Assembly (NCBI GenBank): GCA_963707985.1
Contig: CAVPRW010000015.1
Location: 96,001-160,000, forward strand
DNA length: 64,000 nt
Origin: an uncultured Nitrospinota bacterium
GTDB lineage: Bacteria; Tectomicrobia; Entotheonellia; J063; CAVPRW01
Reading direction: 5' to 3'
Each line of letters opens with the position of its first letter. The stretch's first letter is position 1. Made by a program: the position numbers and the translations under genes. The notes beneath the pieces are model-generated. The model saw nothing but the letters and a program-made list of their open reading frames with translations. It was not told the origin of the DNA and did no database searches. This document shows positions 1-9,324 of this stretch, piece after piece.

Positions 1-1030
1 CGAACAGTTCTTGGAATTCGGCCATGAAGTGCACCTGGCTGCCCCGGTCGAGAATATTGACCCCTTTCTTCGTGGCGATGACGGGATCACCGTCGAAGTA
101 GGCCGCGCGCTGCTCGAACTCGGTGAAGTCTTCAACACTCTTCAGGGCGCGCTGAGAGCCGAACAGCCGTTGAATGTTGACGCCACGCAAGGTGGGGGTG
201 TCGATGCGATGGCGAAACTCCTGGGGCCGGATGTCCCCGACCAGATGGGTCGCGGCATTGGTATGGCCATTGACGTGGCATTCAAAACACATCACTCCGC
301 GACTGGGGCGCTCGGTGCGGCGGTCTTCGGTCTGGTTGAACTGCTGTTGAGGAAAGGGGGTGACCAACAGCCGTAGGCCCTCCAACTGCTTGGGGTTCAG
401 CGTGCCATTAAACAGCTCGTAGTAGTTGACAATGGTCACCAGCTTTCCCTGCGACACGTCGCCCAAGTCTGGCCGCGTCGTGAGATAGATGGGGGGCGGG
501 AACTCGGGGAGGACATGGTCAGGCAGATCAAAATCGAGATCGAAGCGGGTGAGATCACGCTCTTCCTGCTGTTTGATCTCGGCGATATGGAAGCCGGGGA
601 ACACCATACCGCCTTCGGCGTGATGAGGATGCGGCAGTGGGAGAAACCCCTTAGGGAATAGTCCTTTGTCGCGGATGTCAGCCGGCGTCATGGCGGCTAG
701 TTGCGTCCACGTCACGCCCGCCGGTAGTTTGACCCGTACCCCCTCCTGGACCGGCTTGCCGCGGGACATGGTCGTCCCATCCGCCGCTGGGCGGTTGCTC
801 AAATCATAGCGCTCGTTGAGTAAATCCATCTGTCGCTTCATGACCTCGGCCTTGGCCGCTTTCATCCGAGCCATGATAGTGGCAAAGTCCTCCGTGATCA
901 CGACAGGCGCATAGCTTGACGGCTGTTGCGCGGCCTGCTGTGGAGACACGCCACCCACCAACACCAAGAGCGCGGCCAGCAGAATCCCGAAGCAGATCCT
1001 GCTCCATGCAGATGCGTAGCCTTCTTCCAT
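1..1030 (-). CDS. Exported c-type cytochrome (di-heme cytochrome c peroxidase-like family), 3' end runs off the window
   Basis: My translation from ATG 1030 (RBS AAGGGG): MEEGYASAWSRICFGILLAALLVLVGG signal-like segment, open to the window edge, CxxCH motif CFECH at 275-289, then DTPTLRGV. Absent from the ORF track because it has no stop in the window. Confidence 0.75.
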   Translation of the reverse strand, partial: MEEGYASAWSRICFGILLAALLVLVGGVSPQQAAQQPSSYAPVVITEDFATIMARMKAAKAEVMKRQMDLLNERYDLSNRPAADGTTMSRGKPVQEGVRVKLPAGVTWTQLAAMTPADIRDKGLFPKGFLPLPHPHHAEGGMVFPGFHIAEIKQQEERDLTRFDLDFDLPDHVLPEFPPPIYLTTRPDLGDVSQGKLVTIVNYYELFNGTLNPKQLEGLRLLVTPFPQQQFNQTEDRRTERPSRGVMCFECHVNGHTNAATHLVGDIRPQEFRHRIDTPTLRGVNIQRLFGSQRALKSVEDFTEFEQRAAYFDGDPVIATKKGVNILDRGSQVHFMAEFQELF

Positions 1031-1541
1031 GACTGGATCCCCTTTCTACTCCGACCGATGATATCCCGTGGAACCGCGGCCTAGAAGTGCTGACAGGAGG
1101 GACCCCATAACTGCCGCCCCTCGGTGACAAGGAAGACCTGCAAGCACGAGTCATTCGAGAGAAATGATGCCTGCTCCGAGGAGCGCTCATCCTCAGAGAG
1201 GGGTCAACATGGATGAAAAGTCAAGTCCTCAAACAGAGAGCTTCACCAAGACCCGATGGAAGGCACGCATACTGCCCACCTGCACCTTAAGGCCTAGTAC
1301 TGAGGGCTTTCTAGGCTGATCATGACGTATAGCAGGCTCGATGCAGCAAGAGAAGATCGGCGCCACTCTAAAAGAATCAAGAGTCGTTTGTCAATATCTT
1401 TTGATGGGAATATGAAGATGATTATTCGTATCATCAATGATCCCGTATGGTCAAACAACTCATAGCATCGAAAACGATGGTATCCAACTTGGCCGCCGCT
1501 TCTAGAGGCGGCCCCCCTTTAATCAGCACTCCGCGGCGCGC

Positions 1542-1829
1542 CTAATTGCCAATCGCTGTGCTGACGGCCGTCGGAGTTGTCAAGCCGGCAGCGCAGGGGC
1601 AGGCGATGAGCAACATGGTCACCGCGCGGCGGACATCGCGCGTCACCAGAAACCCTATGCCAGCGAGCGCAAACGAAAAGAGCCGAAACCGTGATGAGAA
1701 GCGCTCACCCAGCGTCTGCAACGGTGCACGTAACTCCTGGGCTGCTTCGACGCGCTGGATGAGCTGTCCGACGGCGGTATCGTTACCTACTCGGCTGACC
1801 CGCGCGCGCAGATCACCGGCCATGACCAT
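1542..1829 (-). pseudogene. Internal fragment of a heavy-metal P1B-type ATPase
   Basis: RVGNDTAVGQLIQRVEAAQ...LLIACPCAAGLTTPTAV (CPC motif); stops before DKTGT and lacks the N-terminus. Confidence 0.8.
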
Positions 1830-1832
1830 GCT

Positions 1833-2696
1833 CTACGGAACGGTCTGCAGATTAGACTGCGCCGAGCGCTGCCGAGCTACGGTGAGAGATGGTCTGAGCA
1901 GTCGTACGCCAAGATACAGAGCAAAAGAGATTACGGTGATAAAGGCACTCGGTGGCCAGGGGATTTGATATGCCAGCAATAAACCTGTCCAGACACTGGC
2001 CACGGAAAATCCGACCGCATAGACGATCCCTATCTCGGGTCGCGAGGTCAGGAGGTGCGCCGTCGCGGCAGGCGTAATGAGTAGAGAGAAAATCAGCAAC
2101 ACCCCAACCACCTGCACCGCCTGTGAGACGGTGAGCGCCAGCAAAATCATGAACAAGACTCCCAGCAGGCGGACCGGCACACCACGGGTTTCCGCGACTT
2201 CTGGGTCGACCGAAGCAAACAATAACGGCCGATAGATCATCGCCATGACCATGAGCGTTCCGATGGCGAACCCCGAGGTCAGCTGGACTTGTGTCCATGA
2301 AATCGCCAGTAAGTCCCCAAACAGGATACTCGTCGCCCCCCGAGCCAACTTCGTCGACAGACTGAGGAAAAGGCTCCCCAGCCCCATGGTCAGAGCCAGC
2401 ACCGTGCCAATCGCCACGTCACGCCCACGGACTTTGTCACCGAGAAGGCCCATCGCGATGCCGGCACCTATGGTAAAGACGGCCAATCCCACGAGAAGGT
2501 TCACATTGAGGAAGACCGCCCCGGTCGCCCCCGCGAAGCCGATATGCGCCAGCGCATGACCGGCAAACGCCAAGCGACGCAACACGACAAAATACCCCAC
2601 GATCCCCGCTGTCATGGCGACGAACGTCCCCGCCATGAACGCGTTACGCATGAAAGCGTACTCGAATATCCCAACCCAGCCATCGCTTGAAAGCAT
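1833..2696 (-). CDS. znuB: Zn/Mn ABC transporter permease
   Basis: Highly hydrophobic; VVLRRLAFAGHALAH and VGVLLIFSLLITPAATA typical of ABC-3 permeases; operon context. Confidence 0.9.
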   Translation of the reverse strand: MLSSDGWVGIFEYAFMRNAFMAGTFVAMTAGIVGYFVVLRRLAFAGHALAHIGFAGATGAVFLNVNLLVGLAVFTIGAGIAMGLLGDKVRGRDVAIGTVLALTMGLGSLFLSLSTKLARGATSILFGDLLAISWTQVQLTSGFAIGTLMVMAMIYRPLLFASVDPEVAETRGVPVRLLGVLFMILLALTVSQAVQVVGVLLIFSLLITPAATAHLLTSRPEIGIVYAVGFSVASVWTGLLLAYQIPWPPSAFITVISFALYLGVRLLRPSLTVARQRSAQSNLQTVP

Positions 2697-3524
2697 CTAG
2701 GCACCTCGAATGAACAGGTCACCATCGGTGGTTCGCAGCACCTGGATCGCTGTCCCATAGAGGCGCGACAACAGGTCGGCATTCACCACTTCGGCGATCG
2801 AGCCACAGCGGGGATGCCCGTCAAGGATATACAGCACACGATCGATGATGGAAATTATCGGATTCAAGTCATGGGTCACGATGACCGTCGTCACTCCACG
2901 ACTCCGGTGAATCGCTGAGATCAGCCTCACGATCTCGTGTTGGCTCCGCAAATCGAGGCTGGCTAAGGGTTCGTCGAGCAGTAGGACCTGCACATCGTCA
3001 ACCAGCGCCTGCGCAATGAACACTCGTTGCTGCTGGCCGCCGGAGAGGGTACCCACCGGTTCATCGGCGAAGTCAAGAGCCCCCACCGCTTGCAGGGCGC
3101 GGGACATCTGCCGCAATTCCTCAGGGCGTGCGCGACCGAACCCCCAGCGATAGCCATTGATGCTGAGCAAGACCAAATCGCGACTGCGTATCAGTAAATC
3201 CGAGACCAGTTCCCGTCGCTGCGGAACTAGGCCGATGGCCCGGTTGCCCACCTGTGGTGGAGAGCCCAGGACGGTCACATGCCCGGCGGTAGGCGTGACT
3301 TGACCGAGAATGACGCGGAGCATCGTGGTCTTACCCGAACCATTAGGCCCAAGCACGGCCACACATTCACCCCGCTTAATGCTGAATGTGGCCTTGCTCC
3401 AGAGCATCAGACCCCGACGCTGTATCGCCACATTGTCGAAGGCGATGGCAGGGGTTGCCGATCGCGACCGTATGATCGTCGCCACCCCCCTATCCTCTGT
3501 CTCATCGCCGCTCAGCTGAGCCAT
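2697..3524 (-). CDS. znuC: Zn/Mn ABC transporter ATP-binding protein
   Basis: Walker A GPNGSGKT, signature LSGGQQQR, Walker B LLLDEP, H-loop VTHD; start placed at ATG 3524. Confidence 0.9.
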   Translation of the reverse strand: MAQLSGDETEDRGVATIIRSRSATPAIAFDNVAIQRRGLMLWSKATFSIKRGECVAVLGPNGSGKTTMLRVILGQVTPTAGHVTVLGSPPQVGNRAIGLVPQRRELVSDLLIRSRDLVLLSINGYRWGFGRARPEELRQMSRALQAVGALDFADEPVGTLSGGQQQRVFIAQALVDDVQVLLLDEPLASLDLRSQHEIVRLISAIHRSRGVTTVIVTHDLNPIISIIDRVLYILDGHPRCGSIAEVVNADLLSRLYGTAIQVLRTTDGDLFIRGA

Positions 3525-4428
3525 CCGTGTACTCCAGTGCGGTGAGCAAGTCGCGCAACTGCTGTACCTGCCAGTTCTGAAACGAATCATGGACGGGTAC
3601 GAGCGTCTCCGTTACCCCCACCACCGGAATGCCGACCTCGTGGGCTAACATCCGGAGCTGGGATGTCAGGTTGCTCACCGCCTGGGTGTTATACACGAGG
3701 ACTTTGATCTGCTTTTGGTTAATCTGGTCATGGAACATGGCCACGTCGCGCACGGTCGGGTTTGTACCTTCAGCAACGGCCTGCATCAACCTAGGGGGTG
3801 AGACCAGCTTCAGCCCCATGGCTTCCGCCATATAGACAAAAACCGTTTCCGTTGCCCCAATGGGTGTGCCCGCAAAACGCCGCTTAACCTCCTCGATCAA
3901 CGCATGATAGGGGCCGAGAGCAATAGCGAACTCCTGAGCCTGAGCATCGAAATACGTTGCCGCGAGCGGACGAAGCTCCCTCAGGGTGCGGGTGATCTGC
4001 CGGCTGATGCGCGTGACATAGTTCGGAGAATACCAGAGATGTGGATTATCGCCAGGCTTCAGGCCGACTACATCGCCGGCAGTGATAACGACGGGTTTCT
4101 GAGCTAAGGTGGCAATAATCTTGTTGGAAAATTCATCATAGCCCAGCCCATTCTGGACCACGAGCTCCGCCGTCTGGTACGCCTTGCCAACCTGGACGTC
4201 AGTTTGAAATTCATGTGGATCGGAGCTGGGATCGTTGATGATACTGGAGACACGCACGCATTGACCGCCCAACTGCGCCAACATACTCCCATACGGATTC
4301 TCGACGGCGATGCCATTCATAACGCTGGAGGGGCAGAGCTCACTCGATACAGCAGCCAGCGATATTCCCATACCAACAACCCAAAGCGACAGTAGCAGCA
4401 TCAATAGTCTCCGCAACGTAGCGCACAA
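3502..4428 (-). CDS. znuA: Zn/Mn ABC transporter substrate-binding protein
   Basis: Signal peptide; DPHEF, NGLGYD and NPHLW motifs of cluster A-I metal-binding proteins. Confidence 0.9.
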   Translation of the reverse strand: MCATLRRLLMLLLSLWVVGMGISLAAVSSELCPSSVMNGIAVENPYGSMLAQLGGQCVRVSSIINDPSSDPHEFQTDVQVGKAYQTAELVVQNGLGYDEFSNKIIATLAQKPVVITAGDVVGLKPGDNPHLWYSPNYVTRISRQITRTLRELRPLAATYFDAQAQEFAIALGPYHALIEEVKRRFAGTPIGATETVFVYMAEAMGLKLVSPPRLMQAVAEGTNPTVRDVAMFHDQINQKQIKVLVYNTQAVSNLTSQLRMLAHEVGIPVVGVTETLVPVHDSFQNWQVQQLRDLLTALEYTDGSAERR

Positions 4429-4484
4429 GGGTACTCCCTAGTACCAGCCACATCTACCATAATGTCAGGCATGCTGACATGAAA

Positions 4485-4528
4485 TGAAAACGAGTTGCAC
4501 TGTACCCTGAAAAGACTGTCTCTGTCAA
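4485..4528 (-). promoter_or_regulatory. sigma70 promoter of the znu operon with an adjoining Fur/Zur-like box
   Basis: Minus strand reads TTGACA-N18-TACAGT, running straight into TGCAACTCGTTTTCA (4499-4485), an imperfect 7-1-7 palindrome of Fur-family type. Confidence 0.6.
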
Positions 4529-4717
4529 GTTGCTCTACTAGCCGGTCCTAGCTGACGGATCTAGACATCACCACTGACGCCTTCCCTATGGACAGACGCC
4601 CTGCATGAGAGGGTGCGCTCGCCAGCATTGGGTAGGCGCGAGTCAGGTTCCGCCACGAGGTCGGGCATGTTTCTGGTCCAAATTCTTTAGTGCACTACTC
4701 CTACAATTGCCGTAAAA

Positions 4718-4732
4718 TGCAAATTGATTTAA
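4718..4732 (+). promoter_or_regulatory. Second candidate Fur/Zur-like box upstream of the DUF3299 gene
   Basis: TGCAAATTGATTTAA matches the znuA box at 11 of 15 positions. Confidence 0.4.
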
Positions 4733-4824
4733 GGTTACTTGCAGTAGGATGCAACCCCGCCCAGCAGACGCGCCATGGCAAGCCGGGGAGGGCATTGTCC
4801 CGGTGGTGAACTCCACACGCATCC

Positions 4825-5280
4825 ATGACTATACGGAGGCCGTATGAAACCATCCATACCAGGCCCAAGCCGGACGGGTTACGCTCAGGCTCGTGGTGGT
4901 TCCTGATCATTGGCCTCATGGGAGTGCTCGCGCCAGCCGTGAGCGGAGCTCAACAGACCGCTGCGGCAGCAACAAAGCAGCCTGGGCTTTCTCCATCCAC
5001 GCTATCGTGGCAAATAATGCGAGGATTGAACTTCCGTAGAGGTGAGATGACACCTGAATTGCAGGGCCTTATCAATGGAGTCACACGCGTGCCGGGCTAC
5101 ATGGTCCCACTTGAAGATAATCTCGAAGAGGTCACGGAATTTTTGCTCGTTCCCTATCCAGGCGCCTGTATCCACGTTCCACCGCCACCGCCAAATCAGA
5201 TCGTGCATGTCGTCATGAAAGGGAGTAAAAAGGCCCAAGTCCGGCCAGCGTTTTCTCGAACTGCTGTTCGAATGCGGTGA
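4825..5280 (+). pseudogene. DUF3299-family protein, C-terminally truncated
   Basis: VPGYMVPLE...EFLLVPYPGACIHVPPPPPNQIVHV is the DUF3299 signature; the ORF then runs into ABC-ATPase remnant sequence. Confidence 0.75.
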
Positions 5281-5386
5281 GGAGGCCCCCTCGACCCTGA
5301 TTTTCGTCAGTTACGATCGAATGCTCATGCTGCTGTTCCACCGGGCCATCTCGTTCCCCGAAATCAATCACGTGCGAGCAGCTTAG
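5249..5386 (+). pseudogene. C-terminal remnant of an ABC ATP-binding protein
   Basis: Alternative frame reads RFLELLFECGEEAPSTLIFVSYDRMLMLLFHRAISFPEIN, the H-loop-region tail of an ABC ATPase. Confidence 0.6.
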
Positions 5387-5400
5387 ACCAAGAGCGCGCC

Positions 5401-5655
5401 ATGGTGTTGCTGTCCCTCGCCTACCAGTCTTTGAGCAATCGGAAACTCACCTCGGCACTGACGCTGGGGTCGATCGCTCTCAGTGTGGCATTGCTCATCG
5501 GCGTTGAGCGGGTGCGACTCGGAGCCCGCGAAAGCTTTGCCAATACCATCAGTCAGACTGATCTGATCGTGGGTGCCCGCGGCGGTGCGCTGCAGCCCCT
5601 CTTGTATACCGTTTTTCGAGTCGGCTCGGCGACGAACAACATCAGCATCCATTAG
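5401..5655 (+). pseudogene. N-terminal remnant of an FtsX/MacB-type ABC permease
   Basis: LAYQSLSNRKLTSALTLGSIALSVALLIGVERVR...DLIVGARGG; ends after 84 aa where the convergent methyltransferase ends. Confidence 0.75.
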
Positions 5656-6692
5656 ATAGGCCTTCCCTCGATTACACTAAATTCCGTTGGCGAATTTGTC
5701 GGGATCACGCACGACAGCTCAAATCCAGCCCGGGCGAAGAGGGTGCGATACTCATTTTCAGTCCGATGGTGCCCCTTATACATGACCAGCAAATTGAGGT
5801 CGGCCAGCTTGCCAAAAAATGGTTCGTTCCCAGGTGGGATGATACGCTCGATGACGAGAAGCTTGCCGCGCGATCCCAGCGCTCGACGGCAGTTCTGCAA
5901 AATGCGCACGCTTTGCTCATCGTCCCAGCTTACCAAAATCCATTTCAGGATATAGGCGTCAGCACCCATCGGCAACGCCTCGAAAAAATCTCCCGCTACG
6001 AGTTCGCAGCGGTCAGCCACGCCCTCGGCTGCGAGCAGCGTCGGCGCGTCAGCAATGACCTGGGGGCTTTCGAAGAGGATACCACGGAGATGAGAGTTGC
6101 ATTTGAGGATCGCCGACAGCAGCGCCCCGCGTCCGCCCCCCACGTCGACAACCGTGGTCAGCCCCGAGAAATCGTACACCGGCGCCACGGCCAATGCCTC
6201 TTCAGCAGTCGCGACATGCATAAAGGCCTGGAAGGTATCAGCCGCGTCAGGATGCTGAGCAAGATAGGTATCGAACTCCATCCCAAAGATGTGCTCAAAG
6301 GCCGGCTGACCGGTCTTCACACTATAGGCAAGTGCCCCCCACGGCTGCCAGGCCCAGGGCTCTCCATTCAGGATCGCTGCGGCTCGCCATGACCCCGGCC
6401 CATCTGTCAATAACAGCGCAGCAAGGGGGGTGAGGGTAAAACGGCCTTGATCATCTTCGGCAAACACCCCCACACTCGCGATCCCGCGCAAGAGTCGATA
6501 CAAGGCCCCGGCATGGACGCTCACAGCATGCGCCAGCTCGGTACAACTTTTGGCGCCATGTTGCAAGTGGTCAGCCAGCCCAAGTTCGGCCGCGACCGCG
6601 ATGGCCTGGGAAAGCCAAAAACCGGTGCTCAATTGACGCAGGACCACGGCGGGAGACGCATCGTGTGTTGGGGCGCACTTGGGGACGTCCAT
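5652..6692 (-). CDS. SAM-dependent O-methyltransferase with dimerisation domain
   Basis: VVDVGGGRG, AGDFF, YILKWIL...WDDE; N-terminal winged-helix dimerisation segment. Confidence 0.9.
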   Translation of the reverse strand: MDVPKCAPTHDASPAVVLRQLSTGFWLSQAIAVAAELGLADHLQHGAKSCTELAHAVSVHAGALYRLLRGIASVGVFAEDDQGRFTLTPLAALLLTDGPGSWRAAAILNGEPWAWQPWGALAYSVKTGQPAFEHIFGMEFDTYLAQHPDAADTFQAFMHVATAEEALAVAPVYDFSGLTTVVDVGGGRGALLSAILKCNSHLRGILFESPQVIADAPTLLAAEGVADRCELVAGDFFEALPMGADAYILKWILVSWDDEQSVRILQNCRRALGSRGKLLVIERIIPPGNEPFFGKLADLNLLVMYKGHHRTENEYRTLFARAGFELSCVIPTNSPTEFSVIEGRPI

Positions 6693-7291
6693 TATCCACA
6701 TTCTCCTTAGCAACCGCGCTTCGCTCGCAGCAAGGACGTGCGATTCTATCGGGACGACCTCGCCGTGTCAACGGGCCTTAGCATTCTGACACAATAACAC
6801 ACAGCAGCCATATGATCCTGCCGGACGCCACCCCATTCAGATGCCAACAGCGAGGCACTGGGGGGTGTTTGTTTGAGAGTTCTCGCGGTCGCTGAAAGGG
6901 TCCGCTCACCGAAACGGTGATTTCCCTCCAACTGGAGGACATCACCGAAGGCCTGCACATCGCCAACAAATACGGCGAGAGCATTCTCCATAAGATAGGT
7001 GAGACCTATCAGCTTGATGACGGTAACGCCTTTTCATTAAAACCTCTAGGCATATTCCCATGCACAGAGTGCTTGCACACCCCCCAAAGGGAGTGATAGC
7101 ATAATAAGTGCTGTTACTTCGTGAGACACCCTAGCCGAAACGACTCCTGACAATTCTTGGATGCACCACAGACACTTCGCGGGACAGCATGTGCTGTTCC
7201 AGGCGTGGAGGAGGTATTTCACAGCGCTCGGTATGGGAGGGCAGGGGAGACTTGGCAATCGCTATGTGTGCCGGTGGGGAGGGAGAACTCG

Positions 7292-7774
7292 ATGCGACTG
7301 ACGTGGGTGGTCACTGTGGTGCTCCTGCTCATCCTGGGAACTGGGCTGTCTCAGGCGGCGCAGATGTCACCATCGGGAGAAGATATTCCGATTGAGCTGA
7401 TTCGGGTCAAGCAGGTGGCGCAGCTGCTCAGTGATGGCGCACCGGTGGCACTCGTCGACGTGCGGAGTCGGCAAGAGTACTTAATCCGGCATATTAAAGG
7501 AGCCGCCTCGATTCCTATTGATAGCATTGAGCTTCGGTCTCGGGACATCCCACGCGAAGGAATCGTCGTCCTCTACTGAGCGTGTCCCCACGAGTTGGCC
7601 AGTTTGGCCTACAAAAAGCTCTATGCCAAAGGATATCGCAATCTAAGGGTGCTCGATGAAGGCATCCCAGGCTGGGTCGAACAGGGCTACCCCACCGAAG
7701 GTTGGCGTGCCAGCGATGATGAGCCGATTGGACATGGCAAGACTTATCGTTTTCCGCCCCTGCTGCATCCGTGA
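7292..7774 (+). CDS. Exported rhodanese-domain selenoprotein (Sec at TGA 7577-7579)
   Basis: Signal peptide, LVDVRSRQEY..HIKGA, then IVVLY-TGA-ACPHELASLAYKKLYAKGYRNLRVLDEGIPGW. The domain completes only by read-through, and the TGA is at the catalytic Cys position. Hairpin GGCCA-GTT-TGGCC at 7597-7609. Confidence 0.8.
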
Positions 7775-7958
7775 AAGCTGAAATCCACATTGATCTGATC
7801 TAAATTGTTGTATTGACAACGTCGCATGGGATTGACAAGATAGACAGTCCGCGGAGGACAGGATGTTGTGCTTGCTCCCACTGTCGGAGGCCTGTCGACC
7901 TGTGATAGCCGGACACGATGACAGGATAACCATTTGAGGATTACGGAGAGATCGAGCT

Positions 7959-8810
7959 ATGGCAGACTATGCACATCCAGAAGTGCTGGTGAGTACCGAG
8001 TGGTTGGCACAACACTTGACCGACCCCGGCATGCGCATCATCGAGGTGGATGTCGATACCTCGGCCTACGAGCAGGGTCATATTCGGGGTGCGGTTGGCT
8101 GGAATTGGCAGACCCAACTGTGTGATCAAGTACGCCGCGACATCCTGACGAAAGAACAGTTCGAACGCTTGATGAGTGATTCGGGGGTGACCCCGGATAC
8201 CACGGTCATCTTTTATGGTGATAACCATAACTGGTTTGCTACCTATGCGCTGTGGCAGTGCCGCTATTGGGGGCATCCGGACGCGCGGCTGAAACTGCTG
8301 AATGGCGGGCGGGCGAAGTGGGTGGCAGAGGGTCGGGAACTCGTCACCGAGGTCCCATCACATCCGAAAACCACCTACCGCGCATCCTTTCCCGATGATA
8401 ATGTCCGTGCCACCAAAGATGTGGTGGCCCAGACACTTCTGGAATCCGGCAAATTCAATTTGGTGGATGTCCGTTCTCCCGATGAATTCAGCGGCAAGGT
8501 GATCGCCCCCCCAGGCATGAGCGAAACCGCCCAGCGCGGCGGGCATATCCCGGGGGCAGCGAGTATTCCCTGGGCGCAGGCAGTGAAAGAGGATAGTACA
8601 TTCAAATCGGCCGATGACCTACGGGCGTTGTATGAAGGTAAAGGTGTTGCCCTGGATAAGGAGACGGTGGCATATTGCCGGATTGGCGAGCGCTCCAGCC
8701 ACACCTGGTTCGTGCTCAAATATCTGTTGGGTGTCCCCAAGGTGCGGAATTACGACGGTTCCTGGACTGAGTGGGGAAACCTGGTCGGTGCCCCGATCGA
8801 GAAGGCATAA
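7959..8810 (+). CDS. Tandem-domain thiosulfate sulfurtransferase (CysA/SseA-type rhodanese)
   Basis: [39 protein letters not shown]. Confidence 0.95.
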   Translation: MADYAHPEVLVSTEWLAQHLTDPGMRIIEVDVDTSAYEQGHIRGAVGWNWQTQLCDQVRRDILTKEQFERLMSDSGVTPDTTVIFYGDNHNWFATYALWQCRYWGHPDARLKLLNGGRAKWVAEGRELVTEVPSHPKTTYRASFPDDNVRATKDVVAQTLLESGKFNLVDVRSPDEFSGKVIAPPGMSETAQRGGHIPGAASIPWAQAVKEDSTFKSADDLRALYEGKGVALDKETVAYCRIGERSSHTWFVLKYLLGVPKVRNYDGSWTEWGNLVGAPIEKA

Positions 8811-8957
8811 TCTCCCTGGCCGGGATGCCCTGCGGCGGAACCGAAGGCTATCCCTTCATGCTGCTGCAGGGCGTCTTCGTGGAGCGGAGCTGGTGTGTCT
8901 TTAGCCATGTGCGCAGGGAGATGCTGGCCCCACGGAAGGGCTTTGGGGACCGTCGAC

Positions 8958-9275
8958 ATGCATGCAGGTTGCTTGCAAGGAAGTCGACTCATCCCAGGCA
9001 GGTGGAGAATAGCTCAGCTCCTCGTCCTGTTTGTCTTTTGCCTTTCTGTGCTGGAGCTGCCAGTTCACCTCGTGCACCATCTTGGTGAGGTCAACCCAGA
9101 CTGCCAGCTGCTGGGCTTATCGATCTCGCTCAACGCAGCCAACCTCGAGGGGAGCTGCTTACCCAGCCTGGATCATACTTGGGATGTGCTGCGTGTCCCG
9201 GTCTTACTACCCTCCGTTCCACTGCTATGGGAGTCTGCCCAAGCTCGCGCCCCCCCTCTTACTGTCCAGCCATGA
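8958..9275 (+). CDS. DUF2946-like leader protein with C-terminal RAPP motif
   Basis: Hydrophobic segment, HLVHH, a Cys (DCQLL), ends QARAPPLTVQP; directly upstream of copper genes. Confidence 0.6.
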   Translation: MHAGCLQGSRLIPGRWRIAQLLVLFVFCLSVLELPVHLVHHLGEVNPDCQLLGLSISLNAANLEGSCLPSLDHTWDVLRVPVLLPSVPLLWESAQARAPPLTVQP

Positions 9276-9324
9276 TCGATCTCACCTTGCAATCGGTGTC
9301 ACTCACAGTGTGGAGGATGCAACG

